A DNA stretch of 59,262 nucleotides from Bacteroidota bacterium (GTDB taxonomy: Bacteria; Bacteroidota; Bacteroidia; J057): contig JBCCLI010000001.1 in the NCBI GenBank assembly GCA_039026975.1, positions 1-59,262 on the forward strand, in the 5' to 3' direction. Made by a program: the position numbers and the translations under genes. The notes beneath the pieces were generated by a model, which had not been told where the DNA came from, did not search any database, and saw only the letters and a program-made list of their open reading frames with translations. Numbering within the stretch: position 1 is the first letter of the stretch; each line of letters starts with the position of its first letter. This document shows, in pieces, positions 27,401 to 36,792 of this stretch.

Positions 27401-28267
27401 TCAGGGAATTTTCAATAACTCTGTCTTAGCGATATGCCCAAATATTTCCTGAGACAGGCGGAGCAGCTCTTGGTCCTGGAACAAAGAGGTAAAGGCAGGT
27501 TCTTCCACTAAATTCAGAAAGCGGTAAAGGAACTTATGCTCAGAAAGCCTATTCTGAGCAGTCCCTTCAAAGCTGCTCCCCCCACCAAAGTCCTTCACAT
27601 CCTGCAAACCAGCATTATGCTGACTAAGGGAAAGCAGTGGTTTTAAATCCATCCTGTACTGCTCATCAAAGGCCCATCTGTTATAGTTGACAGGAATGTA
27701 ATGGCTAGCAGGATTATCCCTAAGATCCTTTTTCCATTGCAAATAGGTACGTGCGTGTTCCTTCCACAAGGCGATCACCTCCTGCCTGTAAGCTTCCACC
27801 TTCCGGAAACGCTCCCCTTGGGGAAAATCCCAGACATACCTACTCGCTAGCAGATTAAAAGGGTCACGCATGATAAGTACATGTTTATGAGCAGCCGATA
27901 CGCCATACCACTTTTCCTGGTAAGTCAGAGGAACATCTTCCATAGGCCTGTCCTCATAAGAAGATAAGATGAGCGACTGTCCTTTTCCTATCTTCAGATG
28001 TTTTACTTCGGCGCTTTTAGGATGGATACCCGGATCCAGGTTATTACAAAATACGACTGTCCCATCCCAGCCCTTCATCATCCAGTTTATAATGGCATGA
28101 TTTCCTGTACGCTGGAGGCCATGAACCTGGATAAAGGCTTTTCCTTTATCTAGCTTAAGTCCATTAAAAGCCAACCTACATACCTTATCAGCCATCCATG
28201 ACTTGATGGGTCTGATGGCAGGAACTCGGTTGATCTTTCTATTTACCCGTGCTATCAGGTTATTCAT
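27401..28267 (-). CDS. hypothetical protein, possibly sulfotransferase-like
   Basis: 288 aa. VHGLQRTGNHAIINW resembles the P-loop-like 5'-PSB motif and LIMRDPFNLLASRY resembles the RDPxDxxxS 3'-PB motif of sulfotransferases. Assignment is weak. Confidence 0.4.
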   Translation of the reverse strand: MNNLIARVNRKINRVPAIRPIKSWMADKVCRLAFNGLKLDKGKAFIQVHGLQRTGNHAIINWMMKGWDGTVVFCNNLDPGIHPKSAEVKHLKIGKGQSLILSSYEDRPMEDVPLTYQEKWYGVSAAHKHVLIMRDPFNLLASRYVWDFPQGERFRKVEAYRQEVIALWKEHARTYLQWKKDLRDNPASHYIPVNYNRWAFDEQYRMDLKPLLSLSQHNAGLQDVKDFGGGSSFEGTAQNRLSEHKFLYRFLNLVEEPAFTSLFQDQELLRLSQEIFGHIAKTELLKIP

Positions 28268-28386
28268 CCAGGAGAGAATTTCAGGCTGGTAACTATCACA
28301 TGCTACTGACTGATAAAGTGAACCTAAAATGTTAAAGATTCAAGTAAATCTAACGTCAAATAAGTAAGAACCTTACCTGAATAGGA

Positions 28387-28429
28387 GATAAATCACAAAG
28401 AACCGCCCCGGAACTACCCATGGACGGCT
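28387..28429 (-). terminator. probable intrinsic terminator after the TonB-dependent receptor gene
   Basis: On the minus-strand RNA, GAGCCGUCC (rc of 28421-28429) pairs with GGGCGGUUC (rc of 28399-28407): 7 Watson-Crick plus 2 G-U pairs with a 13-nt loop. UUUGUGAUUUAU follows. Confidence 0.4.
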
Positions 28430-28451
28430 CTACTTGGAACTATCACTATTC

Positions 28452-30776
28452 TTACAGCTCTACTCTTAGGTTTAACACTGGGACTAACCCTAATTGTCTG
28501 TTTGTTTCTAACTGTCCAGTGCTGGAATTATAGAAGTAGTTAAATACATTCCCTCTGTTAGTAGCATTCTGGAGGTCAAGAGAAAGGGTAGCAGCGTATG
28601 TAGGGGTATTGATACGGTAGTTCACCCTGAAGTCCAAGCGGAGATAGTCTCCCCCTTCCAGAGAATATCCTCCAGCAAAATTCCGAATACCAAAACCTGC
28701 TGCTCTGGAGGCTGGCAGGTCAAAATTAAAAAACCGACCTCCCCCATTCCACAGCACTCTGGCATTTACGCCCAGGCCATTGCGCTTATCTTTCCCTACC
28801 TGAAATTCTTTTCCAGCTAACCAGGTAGTAGCAAACCCAGAATTGAAACGAGTATCTCTACTTATCCCATCCTGAGGGGTAAACTGGGAGCTGAAAAAAG
28901 AGGCAGTTGTCAGTAGGTACCAATCATTAGTGAAAAACTTTTCTACTGTCAATTCCAGTCCATAATTTTCTCCTTCCCCTTCATTCACCAACGGAATTCC
29001 CTCAAAGCCTCTTTCCAAGTTAATACTGGAGAAAACCTGACTAAATTCGTCATCAGCCTCAGGGGCAGCTATAGGTATATCCGTTAGGCGCTGGTAATAC
29101 ACTTCTGCCTTTGCATGCCATTTCCTCCCAGGAAAGAGATCATAGGCCAGCACCAAATGATCAGCCTGGGCCAAGCCCAGCTCAGTGTTAGGCCGCTGTT
29201 CTCCTGAATAGTTATTGACATCATTGGCAAAATAGAGGCTCATAGACTCTATCCTAGCGTGGCGTCCATACCCGAAGGACAGGGACTGCTTTTCATGAAA
29301 CTGCCACTTAGCCCCTACCCTGGGTTCTACGGATTGTGCATCAGTTAATGCCAGGTATAGGGTATGAAGCCCCGCATTCAGGGTCAGCTCTTTGGATAAA
29401 CGATAAGAGGCCTGCACATATCCCTGCCACTGGGTGGTATTACCTTCTGTATTTACTCCCTCAAACTTTACATTGTCATCCCTTTCTGTAACCCTTGCCT
29501 CAAAATCCAATGCTGATCCAATGATACCTGTTTGGAGACTAAATCTTGGATTAAACTTATGGGAAAGCTGAATCTTCCCCCGGAAGGTTTGATTGATAAA
29601 TGTTTCTTCTTCAAAATAGTTGAAGGGAATATCTTCATACGCATAAATCTGTGCCTGATAGGAATATACCAGGGCCGTTTTGAGTAGCGTATTTTCTCCT
29701 ATTAGCAGGCTATGGCTCAGTCCACCTACGCCCAGGTCTGCACTGTAAACCTCTGGCTCTAGCTCATCATCTACTTTTTGTTCACTTAGCCCTCCTAATC
29801 CCCAGATGGAAAATACCCCTGCCTTTTTAGTGGGAAGATTTACCTTATAACTGAGGTCTTGAAAATTAGGGATAGCATCACTGAAAGAGGTGAGTAAACC
29901 CAGTTGGTCCAAAATCCCTAAAGTTGAGTAGCGGTAATTTACCAGATAGGAAGCCCTGCTATCCTTAGAGAAGGGGCCTTCTAAGGCTACATCCACCCCT
30001 AATAAGCCTACCTGAAAGGCAGCCTCCCGCTTAAAACTGTTCCCATTTCTCAGCTTCAAGTCAAATACCCCTGAAGAGGCATTCCCATATTCTGCAGGAA
30101 AGGCACCTGTGTAGAAATCAGAATTGTCTAGTACATTTACGCTCAAAATACTGATCCCTCCTCCTCCGGAGTTATCCTCCGAAAAATGGTTAGGGTTAGG
30201 TACCTCTATTCCCTCTACTCTCCACAAGATCCCTCTAGGAGAATTTCCTCTAATGATGATTTCATTAAGCTCATCATCGCTGCTGGTAACCCCTGCAAAG
30301 GATAAAGCAGCCCTGCTGGGATCATTTACACTGGCAGCATAGTTTTTAGCATCTTCTACTGAGAATGAACGAGCGCTTACTACTGCTAACTCATTTAGCG
30401 GCTTTCCTCTATCATTCTCAGGAGTAATGACTACTTCATCCATCTCTACTATGGCTTCCTTCATTTTTACGGTTAATACCACCTCTCTGGCAGAATTCAC
30501 TAATACTTCTGACAAGATCACTTCCTCATAATTTAGGGAACTGGCTCTGATGGTGTGCCTACCTATGGGTACCTGCCTGATCACAAAGTAGCCTTGCTCA
30601 TCAGTATAGGCTCCCTTGACGGGTTGTAGATCCAGAATAGCGACGGTGGCACCTACTATAGGCTGGGAGGATACTTCATCTGTAAGCCTACCTCTTACTG
30701 TCTGGAGGAGTCCCTGTGAAAAGCCTGGTAAGGAAAGAAGTAGTAGAACAGAAAAAAGAAATGTGGAAAATCTCAT
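28452..30776 (-). CDS. TonB-dependent receptor-like OM protein with an N-terminal carboxypeptidase-regulatory-like domain
   Basis: Signal peptide MRFSTFLFSVLLLLSLPGFSQ (ATG at 30776; the TTG at 30782 is in the ORF track). It has VRGRLTDEVSSQPIVGATVAI, MDEVVITPE, a plug-like region and a long beta-barrel. Confidence 0.75.
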   Translation of the reverse strand: MRFSTFLFSVLLLLSLPGFSQGLLQTVRGRLTDEVSSQPIVGATVAILDLQPVKGAYTDEQGYFVIRQVPIGRHTIRASSLNYEEVILSEVLVNSAREVVLTVKMKEAIVEMDEVVITPENDRGKPLNELAVVSARSFSVEDAKNYAASVNDPSRAALSFAGVTSSDDELNEIIIRGNSPRGILWRVEGIEVPNPNHFSEDNSGGGGISILSVNVLDNSDFYTGAFPAEYGNASSGVFDLKLRNGNSFKREAAFQVGLLGVDVALEGPFSKDSRASYLVNYRYSTLGILDQLGLLTSFSDAIPNFQDLSYKVNLPTKKAGVFSIWGLGGLSEQKVDDELEPEVYSADLGVGGLSHSLLIGENTLLKTALVYSYQAQIYAYEDIPFNYFEEETFINQTFRGKIQLSHKFNPRFSLQTGIIGSALDFEARVTERDDNVKFEGVNTEGNTTQWQGYVQASYRLSKELTLNAGLHTLYLALTDAQSVEPRVGAKWQFHEKQSLSFGYGRHARIESMSLYFANDVNNYSGEQRPNTELGLAQADHLVLAYDLFPGRKWHAKAEVYYQRLTDIPIAAPEADDEFSQVFSSINLERGFEGIPLVNEGEGENYGLELTVEKFFTNDWYLLTTASFFSSQFTPQDGISRDTRFNSGFATTWLAGKEFQVGKDKRNGLGVNARVLWNGGGRFFNFDLPASRAAGFGIRNFAGGYSLEGGDYLRLDFRVNYRINTPTYAATLSLDLQNATNRGNVFNYFYNSSTGQLETNRQLGLVPVLNLRVEL

Positions 30777-31095
30777 ATACAATCAGGATTACTTGTCTTC
30801 AATTTATGCTAAGGAAGACAAACACAGCCAAGTGTTGCATAAAGATGGTATAAGCCCACTTTAGTTGTGGTACAAATTTATCAACTTAACAATCTTGGAC
30901 TTATTTTTGGAGTTTTTCCATTGGAGGCAAGTACTTAGCTAATAAGGAGGTAGTCTACAGTAGCCTCTACTGAAAAAGGAAGTAGTTTTCGGAATGTAAC
31001 TTATGTAGGGTTTTTAGCTAGTAAGTATATTTCTCTCTCCCTAATTTTCGGAGTTTTCTGAATTACGTGAGATATTTAGCGAGTAGTGCCTTAAT

Positions 31096-32520
31096 ATGCT
31101 ATTTAACTCCCTGGCCTTTCTAGTATTTCTACCCTGGGTCTTTATCCTTTACTGGTTTGGTGCATATAAAAACCTGAAGCTCCAGAATTTACTGGTGCTC
31201 ATCAGCTCATATGTATTTTATGGCTGGTGGGATTGGCGTTTCCTGGGACTCATAGCCCTATCTACTCTGGTAGATTATACTTTAGGATTGACCATTCATG
31301 CCACTTCTGATACAAGCGTCAAGAAACGATGGCTTTGGCTCAGTATAGCTGTAAATCTTGGGATACTGGGGTTCTTCAAATATTTTAATTTCTTCATTGA
31401 AAGCTGGGTAGACCTACTCTCCCTGCTAGGATATCAACTCAGCAGTACCTGGACCTTAGAGATCATCCTGCCGGTGGGAATTTCCTTCTACACTTTCCAA
31501 ACCATGTCTTACACCATAGATGTATACAGGGGGAAGCTCAGCCCTACACGAGACTTTATTTCCTTTGCCTCCTTTGTGGCTTTCTTCCCACAGCTGGTAG
31601 CAGGCCCTATAGAGAGAGCGACTAACCTGCTGCCGCAGATGCTAACTAAGCGTACTTTTTCCTATCAGCAAGGCATGGAAGGGATGAGGCTCATTCTGTG
31701 GGGTATGTTTAAAAAAGTGGTTATAGCTGATAACCTAGCTTACTCTGTGGATATGATCTTCAGTACCTATGAAGAATTACATGGGGGAATTTTACTGCTG
31801 GGAGCTATTTATTTTTCTATACAGATTTATTGTGATTTCAGCGGATACTCAGATATAGCCATTGGGGTTTCCAAGCTGTTTGGGTTTGAGCTTATGTCCA
31901 ATTTTAAGTTTCCCTATTTCTCCAGAAATGTAGCTGAGTTTTGGCGGAGATGGCATATCTCCCTTTCTACCTGGTTTAGGGACTATCTGTATATTCCCCT
32001 GGGAGGCTCAAGAGGAAGCCAGGGAAAAGCGCTCAGAAATATTTTCATCATTTTTATTGTCAGTGGCTTTTGGCACGGTGCTAATTGGACGTTTATCATG
32101 TGGGGCCTCATCCATGCGCTTATGTACATACCCTTATTCTTAGGGAAGCGGAATAGGACATACTTATCCTCTGTAGCGGGAGAAGGCCGCTGGTTTCCCA
32201 GCTTACAGGAGCTATACCAGATGGGGAGTACCTACCTCTTTGTATTAATTGGATGGGTGTTTTTCAGAAGTGAAACCCTAGGAGATGCCTTCCGCTATCT
32301 TAAAGCCATCCCCACTACGTTTCAGATACCTTTGATGTATAAAACAGGGATAGTGTATGTCTTGGGTCTGCTGCTCATGGAATGGTTTATGAGGAAGGAC
32401 GAACGAAATCCCCTCATGATCCAGCCCCAACTGGTAAGATGGGGGATCTATCTCCTGCTTACTTATTTGATTCTCACTAATATGGATAACAGGCAGACCT
32501 TTATCTATTTTCAATTCTAG
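31096..32520 (+). CDS. MBOAT family O-acyltransferase (AlgI/DltB-like)
   Basis: 474 aa and multi-TM, with FWRRWHISLSTWFRDYLYIPLGGSRG and the conserved His in SGFWHGANW. Confidence 0.88.
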   Translation: MLFNSLAFLVFLPWVFILYWFGAYKNLKLQNLLVLISSYVFYGWWDWRFLGLIALSTLVDYTLGLTIHATSDTSVKKRWLWLSIAVNLGILGFFKYFNFFIESWVDLLSLLGYQLSSTWTLEIILPVGISFYTFQTMSYTIDVYRGKLSPTRDFISFASFVAFFPQLVAGPIERATNLLPQMLTKRTFSYQQGMEGMRLILWGMFKKVVIADNLAYSVDMIFSTYEELHGGILLLGAIYFSIQIYCDFSGYSDIAIGVSKLFGFELMSNFKFPYFSRNVAEFWRRWHISLSTWFRDYLYIPLGGSRGSQGKALRNIFIIFIVSGFWHGANWTFIMWGLIHALMYIPLFLGKRNRTYLSSVAGEGRWFPSLQELYQMGSTYLFVLIGWVFFRSETLGDAFRYLKAIPTTFQIPLMYKTGIVYVLGLLLMEWFMRKDERNPLMIQPQLVRWGIYLLLTYLILTNMDNRQTFIYFQF

Positions 32521-32527
32521 CAATAGT

Positions 32528-33484
32528 ATGCGTGCCTTCTTACTTAAGATCTCATTGTTCCTTATCCTGTTTGCCTTGGTGGCAGGCGTATTTGATACCC
32601 TGTATTTTAAGGTCAGGATGGAAACTCTTTATCCTGAATTGGTCCATTTGGATAAGCTATTAGAGGAGGAGGTAGAGGTAATTCTCCTGGGATCCAGTGT
32701 AAACAGATATACAGACTCCTTAGATACAGATAAGAGAAGCATAGATGCCATGTTAGCAGATCTCCTACCGGAAAGAAAGGTAGGGGCTATTTCGCATACG
32801 GCTTACCATATGGATATATTCCTGGAACTCGCCCGATACATCAGCCGACAAGACCATAAGCCCCTTCTCATCATTCCTATTAATGTAAGAACCTTATGCC
32901 CTGCCTGGGACTTACGACCTACCTATCAGTTTACCTTTGAAAAGCATCTCATCAATAATGCACATCTTTTTCGGCGATTTATAGATATGAATAAAGATGT
33001 AGAAAAGGAGTTACAAGATTTTAAGGAATATCCTGTGTACCACCAAAAAAGACTCATAGGCCAGCTACAGGAATTTACGGCCCCTTACGCTAAGCTGACA
33101 GATCCTACCAAAGGATTCATTTTTCACTATCTACAGCCTATCAGCCCGGATAATCAAAAGATAGTTTCCTTTGAGAATTTACTATCAAACTGTGAAGAGC
33201 ATGGTATTCCCTATCTCATTTACTTTACGCCCCTGGATTATACTTCTGCAGAAGCCTTACAAATTCCAGGTTTTCAAGAAGGCCTGGCTACCAACCTTTC
33301 CTTGTTTGAAGAAGTCATACAGCTACATGAGGCTGAAGACCGTACCCTAGATCTGAGTTTCAGCCTGGACTCCGCCTACTTTAGCTATCCTATCCTCCCT
33401 AATGAACACCTCACTCAAGCAGGAAGAATGTTTGTAGCTGCTCACTTAAGGGACAAGATTAACACCGCTAAGGCCCTAAACTAA
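32528..33484 (+). CDS. single-pass membrane-anchored partner of the MBOAT enzyme (putative DltD/AlgJ-like SGNH-fold protein)
   Basis: 318 aa with an N-terminal TM anchor and a LLGSSVNRY block reminiscent of the GSS(E/V) catalytic-Ser block of DltD-like proteins. It starts 7 nt after the MBOAT gene. Confidence 0.4.
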   Translation: MRAFLLKISLFLILFALVAGVFDTLYFKVRMETLYPELVHLDKLLEEEVEVILLGSSVNRYTDSLDTDKRSIDAMLADLLPERKVGAISHTAYHMDIFLELARYISRQDHKPLLIIPINVRTLCPAWDLRPTYQFTFEKHLINNAHLFRRFIDMNKDVEKELQDFKEYPVYHQKRLIGQLQEFTAPYAKLTDPTKGFIFHYLQPISPDNQKIVSFENLLSNCEEHGIPYLIYFTPLDYTSAEALQIPGFQEGLATNLSLFEEVIQLHEAEDRTLDLSFSLDSAYFSYPILPNEHLTQAGRMFVAAHLRDKINTAKALN

Positions 33485-33486
33485 CA

Positions 33487-33511
33487 CACCGAGCCAGTGA
33501 GTGGCTCGGTG
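33487..33511. terminator. perfect 10-bp stem / 5-nt loop hairpin between convergent genes (possible bidirectional terminator)
   Basis: CACCGAGCCA-gtgag-TGGCTCGGTG lies 3 nt after the stop of 32528-33484 and 25 nt after the galE stop. There is no strong U-tract on either side. Confidence 0.5.
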
Positions 33512-33535
33512 CTAAAAGTAGAATATTACTTTTTC

Positions 33536-34573
33536 TTACCCACTTACTTTCTCCGCATTCATAGCCTCCTGCCATTTCCAGGCGGAGCTCATCATCTGTT
33601 CTATATCTCTTTGTGGAATCCAACCTAGCTTATCCTTAGCCAAGCTGCTATCAGAATAAATGGATACTACATCTCCGGGTCTTCTTTCTCCTAGTACATA
33701 GTTAAGAGAAACACCTGATACCTTTTCAAAGGCGTTAATGGCCTCTAAAACCGTTACACCGTTTCCAGAGCCCAAATTAAAGAGCTCATATCTTTCTGTA
33801 TTTCTACTCTCTATCAAGTAGTCCAATGCTTTTACATGCGCATCTGCTATATCGGAAACATGGATATAATCTCTGATGCAGGTTCCATCCCTGGTTTCAT
33901 AATCATCTCCAAAGACGGTCAGCTTAGGCATAAAGCCAGAGGCTACGGCTGTGATTATGGGAACGAGATTATTAGGCTTGTTACGAGGATTTTCTCCTAT
34001 CAGGCCTGACTCATGTGCCCCCACAGGATTAAAATACCTGAGAGAAATGGAATGTACTTTATCCGTAGACTTAATAAAGTCTCTAATAATACGCTCTCCT
34101 ACGAGCTTGGTGTTAGCGTAGGGAGATTCAGGATCACTCACTGGGGTAGACTCATCTACGGGCAGCTTCTCCACATTCCCATAAACAGAACAGGAAGAAC
34201 TAAAAATGAAGTTGGCTACGTCAAACTCCTCACAACACCTGAGGATGTTAATCATGGAGTTGAAATTATTCTGGTAATACTGTAGTGGCATTTCTACAGA
34301 ATCCCCTACAGATTTGAGCGCAGCGAAATGAATTACCCCTATAATATCTGGATTCTCCTCAAATACGGATCTTACCTTCTCATAATCCACCAGATCATAA
34401 GCATAGTTAACAATCTCCTTTCCGGTAATTTGATTGATTCTTGGGAAAGTATCATCTGAGGCATTTAGCAAATTGTCTACTGAGATCACGCCATATTTGC
34501 CTGCTTCAAGGATTTCGATAGCCGTATGGGACCCTATGTATCCAGCCCCTCCGGTAACGAGAATTTTTGCCAT
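33536..34573 (-). CDS. galE: UDP-glucose 4-epimerase
   Basis: ILVTGGAGYIGSH, SSSCSVYG, the YxxxK motif SPYANTKLVGE, and RDYIHVSD; 345 aa. Confidence 0.9.
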   Translation of the reverse strand: MAKILVTGGAGYIGSHTAIEILEAGKYGVISVDNLLNASDDTFPRINQITGKEIVNYAYDLVDYEKVRSVFEENPDIIGVIHFAALKSVGDSVEMPLQYYQNNFNSMINILRCCEEFDVANFIFSSSCSVYGNVEKLPVDESTPVSDPESPYANTKLVGERIIRDFIKSTDKVHSISLRYFNPVGAHESGLIGENPRNKPNNLVPIITAVASGFMPKLTVFGDDYETRDGTCIRDYIHVSDIADAHVKALDYLIESRNTERYELFNLGSGNGVTVLEAINAFEKVSGVSLNYVLGERRPGDVVSIYSDSSLAKDKLGWIPQRDIEQMMSSAWKWQEAMNAEKVSG

Positions 34574-34988
34574 GAAATATTTTTGCTTGTATGTTAATGA
34601 ATATGTTTGAATTCCTGAATACCGAAATTAGGGTATACATTACAACTTCCTGTTTATGAACGCTTAAACTGCTGAAAAGGATTTATCACCGGTTTAGTAA
34701 AAAATCCTTTCTTCTACTCTTCCCGTAAGATTCTCCCCCCTGAAAGATACTGGTAATCTAATTTTATGTGCATTTTCTACGTTTATAATTGTGAAGGGTC
34801 GTGGCAGGAAATTTGTTAGGGTAAATTGTAACAACTTACATTCAGATGTATCATGTACATACTCTTATTTTTTTGCCATTCAATTGTTAAGAGCAACATT
34901 CCTACCCGTTTGTAGATTTTTTCTCTTATTTTTACAAAAAATTTAACTTTACAAGCCTATACCAGACTTTACCCAATAAGTAGTTATT

Positions 34989-35684
34989 ATGTGGAAACGC
35001 AATGCGAAGGGAGTATTCCTTTCGATACTTCTAGGGTTTAGCTTCTGTCATTTACAAGCCCAATCATACGGTAGGCATCCGTTTGACGCCAAGAACTTCA
35101 ACCTTGGCTTCCTCATGGGATTAAACCTAAACTCTTACAACCTTAAGGAACAAACACAGGTAGAAGACGAAGGTAAAATCCTTGAACGCCTGGAACTTAT
35201 TAACAGGCCTGGGCTTACCTTAGGTATGATTGCTAACTTTAACATCAGCAGTCAGCTGTCCCTGCGGATTATCCCCTCCGTTTCACTGGAACAAAGAGAC
35301 TTTACCTACACTTTTTCTGACGGAGAAGTACAGGACAGAAAAATTGAGGCTTCCTATTTTAATGTGCCCGTTCTCCTCCAGCTAAAATCTAAATATTATG
35401 AGGCTACACGGATTTATGTATTAGGAGGATTTCAGTTCGGGGTGAATCTCGCCAGTAATGAAAAAGTGAGAAATGACCCCCTCCTCTTAAAAATCAGGAA
35501 TGAAGATTTAAGTGTCGTCATAGGGACGGGCATCAATCTGTATGGAGATAGGATTAAACTTTCTCCAGAAATACGATATAGCATAGGCTTACTCAATGTG
35601 TATGAACCCCTCTACACTAGCCATGCTAATGCCATCCAAAGATTATTCAGTCAGGTGATTACCCTGAATGTCAATTTTGAATAG
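34989..35684 (+). CDS. outer-membrane beta-barrel protein, PorT/SprT-like (OMP_b-brl_2 type)
   Basis: 231 aa with a signal peptide ...CHLQAQ. The mature N-terminus ...HPFDAKNFNLGFLMGLNLNSYNL... and the size resemble my recollection of T9SS PorT/SprT proteins. The C-terminal strand is ...VITLNVNFE. Confidence 0.5.
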   Translation: MWKRNAKGVFLSILLGFSFCHLQAQSYGRHPFDAKNFNLGFLMGLNLNSYNLKEQTQVEDEGKILERLELINRPGLTLGMIANFNISSQLSLRIIPSVSLEQRDFTYTFSDGEVQDRKIEASYFNVPVLLQLKSKYYEATRIYVLGGFQFGVNLASNEKVRNDPLLLKIRNEDLSVVIGTGINLYGDRIKLSPEIRYSIGLLNVYEPLYTSHANAIQRLFSQVITLNVNFE

Positions 35685-36792
35685 CCAATTTTTCATTCTG
35701 TAACAGGCTAGAGAGAATAGCCACTATCCTATCCGTAGCTTTTCCATCCCAAAGGGGAGGTAGTTGCCCTTTCTTATAGGTATCTGTTTCTATTTGATTT
35801 ACCAGCCCCATGATAATCTCCACATCAAAGGGGACCAGTGTGTTAGTTCCCAGGTCCACGGTAATGGGCCTTTCTGTATTAGGCCTAAGGGTAAGGCAGG
35901 GAATTTTTCTAAAGGTAGTTTCCTCCTGAATCCCTCCACTATCTGTCAGCACATACTTGCAGCTATGGATAAGTTTCTGGAAGGAAAAGTATCCCATAGG
36001 ATCAGCTAGTTTTACCTGTTCTAGGCTCAGCAGTTCCTCCATTAAGCCAAAGCTCTCAAACCTGGCTTTGGTACGTGGATGTATGGGAAAGATGACCTGA
36101 CGCAGCTCCGAGACGTTCTCCAGTATGCGTAGTAGTTTTTGTAGTCCCTCTTTTACGTCTACCGTAGCAGGTCTATGCATAGTCATAAGCACAAACTCCT
36201 GAGGCTGTATCCCTAGCTCTTCCAGTATCTGGCTTTGCTGGATCTGCTCATCAAAATGCACCAAAGTATCTATCATGGTATTTCCTACCATATGTATGTG
36301 TGCGCTTGCCTTTCCTGCCGACTGTAGGTGCTTTTCTCCACTCTCTTCTGTCACAAAGAAATGGTCAGTAATCTCATCCGTAAGTATTCTATTATTCTCT
36401 TCGGGCATCCCTCTATCAAAACTTCTCAAGCCACTCTCCAGATGTACCAGCATCTTCCCCATTTTATGGGCTGTGATGGAAGCAGCTAAGGTTGAATCTA
36501 CATCTCCTACTACCATGACACAGTCAGGTTTATAGGTTTCCCGCATAAGCTCTTCCAGCCGGAGAATGATTTCTCCCATACGAGCTGCTGGCGTACCACT
36601 AGATACATTCAACCAATAATCAGGCTGAAACCCAAACTGGCTGAAAAAAATACTGGACATTTTATCATCGTAGTGCTGCCCCGTATGGACTACCTTAAGA
36701 TCTATGTCGGGGTATTGACTGAGAATGGCATGAAATCGAGTGATTTTGATAAAGTTAGGTCTGGTACCTACTACGATTAACAGCTTTTTCAT
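35671..36792 (-). CDS. UDP-N-acetylglucosamine 2-epimerase (WecB superfamily, divergent paralogue)
   Basis: MKKLLIVVGTRPNFIKI, HLESGLRSFD, HRPATVD, DSGGIQEETT; 373 aa. Confidence 0.85.
   Translation of the reverse strand: MKKLLIVVGTRPNFIKITRFHAILSQYPDIDLKVVHTGQHYDDKMSSIFFSQFGFQPDYWLNVSSGTPAARMGEIILRLEELMRETYKPDCVMVVGDVDSTLAASITAHKMGKMLVHLESGLRSFDRGMPEENNRILTDEITDHFFVTEESGEKHLQSAGKASAHIHMVGNTMIDTLVHFDEQIQQSQILEELGIQPQEFVLMTMHRPATVDVKEGLQKLLRILENVSELRQVIFPIHPRTKARFESFGLMEELLSLEQVKLADPMGYFSFQKLIHSCKYVLTDSGGIQEETTFRKIPCLTLRPNTERPITVDLGTNTLVPFDVEIIMGLVNQIETDTYKKGQLPPLWDGKATDRIVAILSSLLQNEKLAIQN

Noticed and set aside
30783-31095. Possible cobalamin or other riboswitch, or a Fur-type box, in the 313-nt region upstream of the TonB-dependent receptor. 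An 8-bp hairpin lies at 30793-30821.
   Set aside because: There is no B12-box-like sequence or extended conserved structure. A single short AT-rich hairpin is not sufficient evidence.
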